Source: Macrostomum hystrix (lineage: Eukaryota > Animalia > Platyhelminthes). From it: a stretch of DNA of 64,000 nucleotides. Position numbers and translations under genes: made by a program. The stretch is taken from the NCBI GenBank assembly GCA_950097015.1, contig CATNEN010000003.1, forward strand, positions 9,052,001 through 9,116,000. The letters run 5' to 3'. Of the stretch, positions 12,001 through 22,841 are shown in pieces. Position 1 is the stretch's first letter; each line of letters begins with the position of its first letter. The notes beneath the pieces were generated by a model that saw nothing but the letters and a program-made list of their open reading frames with translations, was not told the DNA's origin and made no database searches.

Positions 12001-14678
12001 ATAAAAATCTGTACCTTTTTTCTGTTTATCTGTTTTTGTGAATTTAGCGTCACTAGTGTCACTTGAACACAATTCTTAAATATATTATGAACCTTTATAA
12101 TCTTGAAGGAATAATATGTAATTATAGTATATTTGGAACAGAAGGCCCAACTAGTATTTTTTTATATGAGCATATTTAACCGAAACAACTGCTATGCCAA
12201 AAAATGACAAAGTGAGAAGCACTAGCTAGCATAAAATAATATACAACTGTCAAGCTTAACCCATATGCTACTGTTTTTCATAATTTTTTGTAATTTTTAG
12301 TTTTTTAGTGTTTACAATTCTTTGACCTAATTAAATTAGTAATTTCATTTCATTTATTTATTCTAATTTAATTACTTATCTTTACAATTTTGTACTCAGA
12401 TTACTTTTAAAGATAGGAAATACTCAATAAAAGTTCCAGACCTAGATGATATATTTCATTAACACATTTGTGTCAGAATAAGTCTTACCACATGTTTTCC
12501 AACTTGCTGTCAAGAAGCAAAAAATGGGTACAAAGTTTCAAAATTGTAAAAAATGTACAGTTTATTTTTCTGACAACAGCTAATAATTTATTTAAAGTAT
12601 GTGCTTTAACTTATATCTATATTAAGGCTGTGACAACAAATTTTCCCATTCTTTTATAAGAAGTAATGTTAATCAAATTAGATATAGTCTGGACTTTGTT
12701 TGCTTGCTAGCCCTTAAGTTCAACCAAGATGTCTTATTATGATACCAATCACACTAATGTATTACTTGTAGGTAGGTTGCTTAACATGTCAACAGATAAG
12801 CAATGCTAGTTTTCTATGGCATATGTTATCATCGGGCATGTATGGACATGCCTATAGCATAGCATGCCTATGTATGCATAGCAGCTAGATTTTTAGTGAT
12901 AGTTTAGCTGCTGCATTATGACCTGAAGGTCATTTACTTCTTGTACTTGTCTACTTAAACCTAGGTTTTTTATTCTAAAAGTTAGTTGCAATTTGTATCC
13001 AGGATCACATTTTAGGATTGGATTTTTAAGACCAAGATGCACAATAGCTATTCCAAGTTTTTTGTTATGATTTTGTTTTGCTGCTTTTCTTCCTTTTGAG
13101 ATATGTTTTTTATTTTAGGGTGCTATTCAGTATTCTTATCCAAATGCCCAAAAACTCCCTTGAATGTTGACAAAAAGGTATTACCTTGAATTATGGTACT
13201 TGTGCATACATGAATAACATTGTAAAAAATGTAAGCTGCTGTGGTAAGCAATAAAAATATAGTTTGACTTGAATCCCATATTTGTATCTCTTTCTAAAGG
13301 TCCCCAAGCTGTTGTAGTCTTTTAAGCTACAGACATCATTTTGCCAATTTGAGTATAGCTTTGTGAAAATATATTGTATCTTGTAAAATTGAATGGTCTG
13401 CCAAACAAGTTAATTGCTAACACATTAGACTGGCAATCCTGAAATTTTCTGTTACATTATTTCACACTCTTTTATGGAACTTTAGGGAGAGATAAGTATG
13501 GGGGCACACAAAAATGTTGCAGAGTTAAAGAACTGATTGCAGAAAACACAGGCTGTCAAAGTTGTACTACTGGCATAGGTAATAGTGTCCAAACCAGTAC
13601 AGGATATTGCCAAACTGATGATCAGGGAAGGCCTGGCGCCACATAAACTCTTGCAGGTATGTGCTAAAAGGGCATCCAAAGTCCTATGCATGGCCTGGAA
13701 TTTGGCCTTGCAGTAGGCCCACATGTGAGCATCCAGGTTATTTGGGTCACGGAAATGCAATAAATGATTCACTGTCAGGTTTGTAAAAGCGAGTGAAATA
13801 ATTTAATGCAGGAATCTGTGGGATTGCTGTTAAACTGTTAATTGATTTACTCATTTAGAATTTCTACATTTCATAAATATAAAGGAAAATCACATTTAAT
13901 CAAAAACATGATTTCATTGCGATTAGATTACAAATGTTGAATCTCAAGAACTCGTTGACATTCTCTGACACTTGGTCATTCAGTAATGATAAAAATATAA
14001 CTAAAAAGTAGAGCTACAAAAAAAGATACAAAAAACTTTATAAATTAGGCAGCCATTTGATTATTCGTCCGGTTAAGTGAGTTATAACTTATAACTAAGT
14101 TATAAGGGGTTGTAACACTACCACAAGAGCCTCTATCATTTGTAAGATAAAATAATTAACAAGCTGCAAAAGGACAGTCATTCAGATTTGAATTTTGTCT
14201 CAAATTATTTTCGCTTATCAGCTAATTAAAAAATTAAAACCTTTTCCAGAAAATTGGTTGTTTCAGGGACTAACTTAGTTCATGGGTATAGTTTGGTCTT
14301 TGCGAGGTCAAGACTCAAGATGGCTCTCAGCAGGGCAAGAGTGGTCTTTGGGAGGATCATTGCTCCTGCTCGTTGAAAGGGAAGAAATTAAGTCCTTGGA
14401 TGGTTAACAGGTTAACCGGACAAATAACAACTACCTATAAATTATACATTTTGTTCCTAATTGCACCATACTCTGTACATACTGCATGTAATTAGAACTT
14501 AAGAACTACAGAAAATAGATAAAAAATTATGCTAATCTGTTTGCAGTTTTTGTTTTTAGCTTAGTTAGGTACATTCTAAAATACTAAATATTTGCTGTTA
14601 AATGGCTACTTCTTACCTTTCATTGAAAGATTCCTGAGTCAAAGGAAGTCTATGAATCAAACTCTGTATAATCCACAT
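1..14678 (-). CDS. UBR5: E3 ubiquitin-protein ligase UBR5 / hyperplastic discs (5' part; gene continues beyond window start)
   Basis: Exons joined in frame at GT-AG sites: 14678-14617 ([20 protein letters not shown]), 11767-11134 ([25 protein letters not shown]), 10532-10007 (UBA: [27 protein letters not shown]), 9242-8780, 8091-6993, 6142-5450, 5106-4385 (UBR box: [46 protein letters not shown]), 3374-1250, 1045-689 and 466-<1 ([26 protein letters not shown]). The HECT domain is not in the window. Confidence 0.95.
3402..4275. repeat. Intronic minisatellite, 20-bp unit GGGATTGGGTAATGATTGAT
   Basis: Tandem copies fill the UBR5 intron 3375-4384; the ORF 3400-4119 is only its translation. Confidence 0.95.
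5240..5312 (-). mobile_element. Fragment of tRNA-derived SINE family A
   Basis: ATGTACACATCTGTGTGAG..GTGTGCTCAGGAGTCAGCGAAA matches the copies at ~27.8, 35.6, 37.0 and 58.4 kb. Confidence 0.6.
6258..6930. repeat. Intronic minisatellite, ~23-bp unit GTAGGAGTAACTTTAGGGTGACT
   Basis: Tandem array with sub-variants in the UBR5 intron 6143-6992. Confidence 0.95.
8170..8760. repeat. Intronic minisatellite, 30-bp unit AAATGAGTCATCCTAAACTAGACTGGTTGA (~20 copies)
   Basis: Strict 30-bp periodicity in the UBR5 intron 8092-8779. Confidence 0.95.
9350..9955. repeat. Intronic minisatellite, 15-bp unit GATAGATGACAAACG
   Basis: Tandem array in the UBR5 intron 9243-10006. Confidence 0.95.
10581..11090. mobile_element. 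Non-autonomous TTAA-targeting MITE (piggyBac-like)
   Basis: TTAA at 10577-10580 and 11091-11094; TIR CAGTAGAACTAC / GTAGTTCTACTG with subterminal CCAAGG..CCCCCC / GGGGGG..CCTTGG; no transposase. Confidence 0.75.
13620..13790 (-). pseudogene. Degenerate Merlin/ISXO2 (IS1595-like) transposase C-terminal remnant
   Basis: Translation [29 protein letters not shown], then after a frameshift [12 protein letters not shown], resembles the TVNH..F.DP..W..K..YL.EF.WR motifs of Merlin transposases. Confidence 0.65.
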
Positions 14679-17105
14679 TTAAGCGATTTTCTTATTTGAC
14701 TTCCTTCACCGTAGTGAAGTAAAGCACAAGCTAGCTTTATCTGGTCTGATAGTTTGATAGCTTTGTCCGACAGAAACTGTTGTGCTATCGGAATATAAAA
14801 TTATTTGTTGTGTTGACGCAACTTGTATATAAAATGTATTAGGAAACAGCTCTAAAAGATTGGATTTTGTATTGCTACATTGCCATCTCGTTACCACAGA
14901 GTTTGAATGATAAGCTCAATATTGTAGATTCAGTGCTGTATTTTGTAACGTAGGAAGAATGAAACTTGCGATGTAAATAACAGTTTCTTAGTGTTTAAGA
15001 AAAACTGTTATACAACTCGCAAATTTGAAATTATTGACTCAAAAATTCGAAAAATCATTATTAATATGTAAAGATTAAGTTTTTTAAAGTTACTTAATCA
15101 GTAAATTATTCTTTTCTTCAGATGAAAATCGTAATTGCCTCTACTTTTATTTTACTATGCTTTTTTAATAATGACTTCAAACGAGTATCCGTTACTGTAC
15201 ATCTTAACCAAAGGTATGCTAACCAAGAAGACAAAAAGATTCGGAAATATTCGGGAATTATATGTATAAATTATATTATGCGCTGAATGATTAAGTGAAT
15301 GCCGAGCAAGCCTGCACACCGACGGCGCAAGCAGCTCACAGTCTCGAGAGTAGAGTGCAGGCGCTAATATGTATCTTAAATGTTTTTACCGGACCGTTTT
15401 TACCTCATCCAAATCTAGAGGATACGATAATAATTCTTCCAGCTTATAAGAGTTCCCTGTAAGTAAGCACAAGACTCAGCATGGTCCATGATAGCAGTAA
15501 AATACCATGCAGATCAATGCATTGATTTAATAGAATCTGGCGAAATTGTTTGTTTTATCACTTTCGGCCTAAATAAGCAGCGCACCTAGCTGCTTTAGTC
15601 AACATCAACCTGCTGACTCGTTAGGTTACAGATAATGGGTCAGCTACTTCCAATTGGTGATGGAATTAGTCCATGTGCATGACTTTGGCTGAAACCCCTT
15701 AGCCGCGATCGTGAATTATCCGTGAGCGTGGCAGCTTTGACTATTCGTCAGGAATATAAGGGAACGTGATTGATCCAGCTCGATATACCTTGGGATCAGA
15801 ATCGCATGGCATCAGCAGTATAATAATCTATGTCGATGTGAATTACTTGCACATAAGCCTGCAGGGTGCACGTGCCGATAACTTTTTAAAGCAAATTTTT
15901 TAACATATTAACGCCGGCAAAAATATGTATATTGGAATCATAATGACACGTAAATGTACATCCATTTATTGATTATCTTATTGTATACCATGGACTACTC
16001 TAGTTAGGTCGAAGTGCAGTCCGGAAAAATTGCCAACGAGGAGCGAAGCGAGCGAAGCGAGCGTAGCTCCTCGTTGGCAATTTTTTCGGACAAACGAGAC
16101 CGAGATAAGATGTGCTTGAGACTCCACCAACGTAAAATCAACGTTTTAGAAACTAAAATTGATGCAGAATTAAAACCACTTGAGATGAAACCATGTGTGA
16201 CCCCTCTATGGACGTAAAACATTTAGTGCTACAAGATGAGCGACGTGAAAGTTCCATAGCAACGCGTCTTGGTTGCCATGGCAACAAAAAAGTGACTTTT
16301 TTTAGACCCGTCGAAATCTTGAATCTCAAAAAATAAGGATTCACAATATGGAGTCAAAAATTGATTGAACCCAACTTTTGGCGAATTTTCAGACCTTCAA
16401 GACACTGATTGGTTATTTTCCGCTAAATGCTTACCTTGATAGGTAATTCTGTAAAAGTGTGTTTTTCAAGTGTCAAAAAATGCGCATTTTTTTCAACTTT
16501 CAACTGACGCAGCTCAAAGGTCGCGCGTCAGCGCGACCTTTGAGCTGCGTCATTCTAACGATGGCACCTGGGACTCTTACATGACGCACGACTTTAACCA
16601 AGATACTCACTTTAACTGTACATTCGCACCTGTTAATTACATTAGAATTTTCGACTGGTAGGTATTCGAACCGAAATAAAGGAAATTCAACCTTGTTGCG
16701 AGACTCTAAAAAGTACATGAATGCGGTCATTCTGGTAAGATCTACATGTTTATAATACATTTTGAGCCGTTTCGTCGCACTGACTCTGAGCCATACACTG
16801 CTAAAGTCGATAAACGTGATTTAGGCTATTTTTATGCATTTTTCATGATACAAATGTACAAAAAATAAGAAACGACGACATGCTAGGAAAATCAGACTTT
16901 TTAGGCAAGGTGCACAACTAAATTGCGCACAATATGTATATCTTGAAATTTCGTCTTAGTTTATTGAAGTCGCTGCCAGTACAGAAATGTACTTTAACGA
17001 CGGTACGGGGGGCTTGCATATCGAACATACTTTTTAGCCTGTAACTTTTGAGTTGATTACCGGAGCGCGACGCGCTTGATGTCATTGAACTACATTTTAG
17101 ATGTC

Positions 17106-18157
17106 CTTTAATTTGAATGTATGTTCGCTGTCATTGCACGATGCGTTGTACACCTCAGGTCAGGTCACGTGACTTGCTGGAAATGAAATAATGACTTTGT
17201 ACCTATACTAAGGATAGGTGAAGCATAAGAATGACCCATATTTGTACTTATTAGAAACACCTAGATGACTACTGTCAGAAAAAATGATATTCACGTCTGT
17301 CAGTTGCAAAATTTTGTTATAATTGACTTTTAAAATCGAAAAACGTGATTTTGTGCAAAAACAACCCATATGAGCACACATAGGGTGAAAAATTTATTGA
17401 TTTTCGCTATGAGGTTCTTAGCTTCCAAGAGCACTATTGTGCCCAGTAAACACGTACAGATGACTGCTATCTTCGTTAGTGTGCGAAAATTCGTATTTTT
17501 ACGCTAATAACATTTACGGAATTACGAGGTTCCGGTGTTATGCGTTTTTTGCTATATTTCACGCTGCCATTTATTAACGATGCTACGCCAGGCCTTCAGT
17601 GTGGTGTCAATAATTAGCATTTAAAAAGTGCTTTAATTTGAGTGTATGTTCGCTACCATTGCACGATGCGTTGTACACCTCAGGCAAGGTCACGTGACTT
17701 GCTGGAAATGAAATAATGACTTTGTACCTATACTAAGGATAGGTGAAGCATAAGAATGACCCATATTTGTACTTATTAGAAACATCTAGATGACTACTCT
17801 CAGAAAAAGTGACATTCACGTCTGTCAGTTGCAAAAAAAATTTATAATTGACTCTCAAAATCGAAAAACGTGATTTTGTGCAAAAACAACCCACTTGAGC
17901 ACTACATAGGGCGGAAAATATATTAATTTTCGCTATGAGGTTCTTAGCTTCCAAGAGCACTATTGTGCCCAGTAAACACGTACAGATGACTGCCATCTTC
18001 GTTAGTGTGCGAAAATTCGTATTTTGACGCTATTAACATTTTACCGAATTACGAGGTTCCGGTACTATGCGTTTTTTGCTATATTTCACGCTGCCATTTA
18101 TTAACGATGCTTCGCCAGGCATTCAGTGTGGTGTCAATAAATAGCATTTAGCAAGTG
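17106..18157. repeat. Tandem duplication of a ~526-bp unit (17106-17630 / 17631-18157)
   Basis: Both units begin CTTTAATTTGA.TGTATGTTCGC and are colinear throughout, with scattered substitutions. Confidence 0.9.
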
Positions 18158-20346
18158 CTTTAAGATGACATCATGCGCATTGCGTTGCGTAAAAGTGTGG
18201 GTCCACAGTTCTGTAATAAGTTAAAATGACCTGATTTCGCAAAAATCTTTAAAAGAAAAAATACCAAATAGGTAACTAAAAAGCCTTCTGACACTGAATA
18301 AAAAATGCACATAAAAGTGCTATTTTGTATCGTAAAAAGTCTTGCGTCCTGCAAAATTTTCTATGGTGACTTTTTGGAGCCGTTAAGTGTACAAACGTGC
18401 GCATTTTTAAAGCTGTTGAACTTACTTTTTGAGTGCATATTTTGAAAATAAGCATTTTATAAATTGTATAACAAAATTTAATAATAAAAAAAATAAGTTG
18501 CTTCAGAAACTGAAAAAAGCATTTTTAAATAATGAAATTGTACATTACAGTCGTTCTGTTCCTTATAATTTCTACAAAAAAATAATTTTAAATCGGTTAT
18601 GTTTACAATAGTTTAATTGCTGTAGGACATATTTGACCTCAAATTTTCAAAGCAACTTATCCAATCAAACGCTATCTAAATCTGAAATCTTTTCAAGCTT
18701 CAATTTGTAGCTATAATATTCGGTTTTGTTAAGCTATTTATTTGTATCCTACTACCTTATATATAATTATTGTACAATATATTATATTCTTCAAGTTTTA
18801 ATTGTAATATATTCAATTGTTATCAATTTTACACTGTAAGTCTAAGCTTCTAATTTTATTTTAAATACTAACTGATGTATAAAGCTCGCTGTCTGTTGTT
18901 CGTTGACTTTTTATAAATTTTTTAGAGACTCAAGTAAGCAATTATTTTTATTATTCAAACTGTCTTTACTTTTTGAATGGTTAAGCAGATGCGTTTAAGT
19001 ATTGAATGAGATTCTTAGCAGTTTAATGCAATAATGCAGTTTTGTGATCGATAGTTGCTGAATTTTTATCAAAGCAAAGCTCTTGAAATACACCATTTGC
19101 TTTTTTGTCAATTAATTGCCTTTTGGTGATTTATAGTGTAATTCGCAGCAATGGCTGGTGAATTCTTATAAGCAAAGCACTTAGAAAGAAAACCACTTGC
19201 CTTTTTGGCGATTAATTGCCTTGGGTGATTAATAGCACAATGTGCACTGCAATGGTCGCTGAATTCCTATGAGCAAAGCACATGAAATGCACAATTTGCC
19301 TTTTTGGTGATTAATTGCCTTTTGTCAATTTATTGCCTTTTGGCGAGCAATTTGCACTGCAATGGCTGCTGAATTTCTATAAGCAAAGCACTTAGAAAGC
19401 TTATGTTTGCTTGAGATACAATTTAAGTATTCTTTTTAAAAAATAAACACTATTGAGTGGGTGCTGTGCACAAATTTGCCTTTTGGCAGCTTAAATACAA
19501 TTTTGTGAATAAATTATTGCGCACAGCACTGCCTACAAACTGTGCAGTGAAAGTCCTTAAAAATGTGAGTAGCATTTATTAACCTCCACAGTGTAAAATA
19601 TTTTTACTGTCTAAAATTTCTATAAAAATATTGTTGTTTGCTTTGTAAGTCTCATTGTACCATGAGGTTAGTTAAATGTTCAACGCTTTTTGTTTTTGAC
19701 ACAGCAGTATTTTTCTCTCAACATTGATTTTGATATTGATTGATTGATTTGTTTTGTTTTGCATTTTTAAAAAGCTGTTGTGTCTAATTTTGGACTTAGC
19801 TAAATGATCAGGCTACACCTACCTAATGTTGCGTAACTTTTATTGAATGGCAATGCATTTCACTGCAAAGTTGTATCCAGTGGTTTTACTTACCTGTGGG
19901 TATTAAAAGTCTGTACTTTTAATGCTGAATGTCTTGGAAAATATCATTTTAAATTATAGTGAACAGAATTGGAGTGCCAAACCATTTTTAAAAACTATTT
20001 CTGTTGTTCATTGTAAGATTATTTTTACGTTAAATGTAAAATTAATTGAGGTAGCATGTTCACTTTCAACTTTGTAATTATTACCATTGCCAGCTATGCT
20101 ACTTAGCCCAGTTGCACAATAATTAATAAACAATATTTTATTGTTTTTATTATTGAATTCTAAATATACTGATTACATGGTATTTTTCTACCAATAGCAT
20201 ATATTGTATTTTTCCGATTTTTCTCTTTACAATTTGTAATCCAAATATACAGAATGTCTAAGATTTTCTATTATGAGTATTATTTTATTATTTCTGAGAC
20301 CTTTGTATACAGTGTTAATTAATGTTACTGGGTTCGATTTTCAAGT

Positions 20347-20730
20347 CTAGCGGCGAGCGACTTTTGCAACCCCAACCAAGGGGCGGCTGCTGCTAGCGCG
20401 GCGAGCGACTTTTGCAACCCCAACCAAGGGGCGGCTGCTGCTAGAGTGGCAAGCGACTTTTGCAACCCCAACCAAGGGGCGGCTGCTGCTAGCGTAGCAA
20501 GCGACTTTTGCAACCCCAACCAAGGGGCGGCTGCTGCTAGCATGGCAAGCGACTTTTGCAACCCCAACCAAGGGGCGGCTGCTGCTAGCGTGGCAAGCAA
20601 CTTTTGCAACTCAACCAAGGGGCGGCTGCTGCTAGCGTGGCAAGCGACTTTTGCAACTCAACCAAGGGGCGGCTGCTGCTAGCGCGGCGAGCGACTTTTG
20701 CAACCCCAACCAAGGGGCGGCTGCTGCTGG
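20347..20730. repeat. GC-rich 48-bp tandem repeat (~8 copies)
   Basis: Unit GCGAGCGACTTTTGCAACCCCAACCAAGGGGCGGCTGCTGCTAGCGCG; two units are 1 bp shorter. Confidence 0.95.
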
Positions 20731-21983
20731 CGCTGCTGCCGCTACCAGCGCTAACGATATTGAGAGGGGGGCTGGTCGGGAAGGCCAGTAGCTGCAGCTG
20801 ACTGTTAAATGGGGCTTCATCTCGCTGCTTTTAATATATATTTTATTAATTAAAACTAAAGTTCTTGTCTTCGTTCCTCGAACCCAGTTTCTGTTTAAGG
20901 CAGTGTTTTCACACTGTACTCTTTAAGCACTCTTAAGTACTCTGGTAGTCTTTAAGGGCGTAGCAATAGAGTACTCTGGTATTCTTTTAAAGTGCGTACT
21001 TTAAAGTAGGCAAGTACTTTTTAAAGTGCAACGCATTTCAGTCTGTCATCATCAATCCTAATTTTGTACTATATAAAAGTCTCAATAATCGCTGGTACAA
21101 CGTAAAATTATTATATTTATTATATGCATTTTAAAGTTACCATGCTTAGTGAATAACAAATATGTTCGGTCCCATTAATTATATCCTACGTACTGAAGTA
21201 ACGCAACATCTAAATTATAAATTAATTTAGTATTTAAATATGTTCCAACCTGTCCATCCTGGTGATTCGAGTTGAATAACTGAGCATTTTAATTAATTAA
21301 ATATTAATATATATGGTAACGTGGCTTGATGGCACCGCTCGTGTGTGTGTCTGCCCGTTCGTGTTGTTGCATGTACAAAACAAGTGCTGTTTTGGATAAA
21401 AATTTGTGGATCATCTTTCCTTTAATTATCTGTTTACGTTTTTGACAGGTGGGCATAGGTAGATAGATCTACTGTCTCTCTCACTCTCCGATTCTCCACG
21501 CTCCCTCCCGCTGTTTTCAATTATGTTCCCTAATAAAAACTAAAAAATCGCTTTCCTCCCTCCATATGTAGGTCCGATTGGAGGTAGGGGGCGATTTTTT
21601 GATGCAGTAGTCTGCTTTATTAAAGTGCTTCAGTCAGTATCCTCAGTACAAATAGGCCGCTAAGTTTTAAAATATTTACAAAGGTTTTTGTTCATTTTAT
21701 TGGGTGACATGATCAGAAGTAAAAAATAATTTCGAAATATTAAGCAATATTAATGCACTTCGACCTGCTAAGGTGGCACACCTTCAATCTAGTTGTTATT
21801 CAACAAAAGTTGCAGGTATACTACGCCCGTCCAAAAGCGTGAAAAGTAGCATTTTACTCGTAAAATGCGTACCAAAATGTCACAAATGAAGCAAGCAAAA
21901 CGGACAAAATTGCGGAACAACAAAAAACTATATATATTTTAAAATTTTTCGACAGACCGGCAACTTTCTTGATCCGATTATTA

Positions 21984-22841
21984 CTAACAATGAACTTTCA
22001 TAAAAATAACCAACAGAATTAGCAAAGCGGTGGGCCCTGAAGCAGCGGCAGCGGCAGCGGCTGAATTAGATGCTGCATCATTGTCCTGACCTCCGGCTCC
22101 ATCATTCATCAGCCGGTGAAGTCGCGGCGGTGGCGGCTGCTGAGTCACAGCATCCGGGCTGCACTGATGGGCCGGCACAGATTGAAGACCAAGCGTGGTA
22201 GCCCAGTCCTTCAACAGCCGACAGCCGCCTACGACTGCGCTCCCGATCCCACCCTGGCTGTGACATCGCTGCCGTGGTGTCTCCAGCGCGTAGCTGCCTG
22301 TCAGGTTGCAGACGATTTCAGAGCGTCGATGGAAAGCTTCAGCGCTGAACAAGCCGCCTTCAAGAAGCTCCCAGGCGGAGCTGGTGGCATTTCTTTGAAG
22401 AGCCAGCACGAAACGCTTGTCCTCATTGCCAGCTGCGCCAGCGTCAACAACACTAGCCAGGGTGTCAACGCTAATGCACTCTGTGAGCTGCGCGGTCAGG
22501 TGGATCAGTAGTGGTAATTGAATCTGCCGCGGTGTCAGGCAGCCCTTCAGCATGCAGACAACATTGGCGCTGAACCGACCTCGCTTTAGGCCGCTACTGA
22601 CGAGATCGCGTCTGACTTCGGCTTCAACGACAAGTTCTGCTTGGAGAAGCGCCTTGGCGGGTGCCGCGAACCGAATCGGCAGCCGTTCCTCTAGAAACAG
22701 CTCTCTGTTGCGCTTGCACTCGCCCGCAGAGGACTGGCTGGCCGAGATAACTAGGACTGCTATCAGGGCTAAGAGAGTCAGCATGGTTGCTAGGGGCCGG
22801 ATTTGCAAGATTCTACCCAGTGCGTAAGTAGACAGGTTCAT
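21984..22841 (-). CDS. Single-exon secreted, probably GPI-anchored Cys-containing protein (possible NtA/NTR-TIMP-like domain)
   Basis: GC-rich 285-aa ORF in AT-rich surroundings; signal peptide MLTLLALIAVLVISASQSSAG; C-terminal small-residue spacer plus hydrophobic tail ([27 protein letters not shown]); AELVVEAEV..VVCMLKG pattern. Confidence 0.75.
   Translation of the reverse strand: MNLSTYALGRILQIRPLATMLTLLALIAVLVISASQSSAGECKRNRELFLEERLPIRFAAPAKALLQAELVVEAEVRRDLVSSGLKRGRFSANVVCMLKGCLTPRQIQLPLLIHLTAQLTECISVDTLASVVDAGAAGNEDKRFVLALQRNATSSAWELLEGGLFSAEAFHRRSEIVCNLTGSYALETPRQRCHSQGGIGSAVVGGCRLLKDWATTLGLQSVPAHQCSPDAVTQQPPPPRLHRLMNDGAGGQDNDAASNSAAAAAAASGPTALLILLVIFMKVHC

Larger units (their letters stand above)
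16006..21766. mobile_element. Putative 5.76-kb non-autonomous DNA element bounded by 13-bp inverted repeats
   Basis: AGGTCGAAGTGCA at 16006-16018 and TGCACTTCGACCT at 21754-21766; internal hairpins, a ~526-bp tandem duplication and a 48-bp array; no TSD or transposase identified. Confidence 0.5.
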
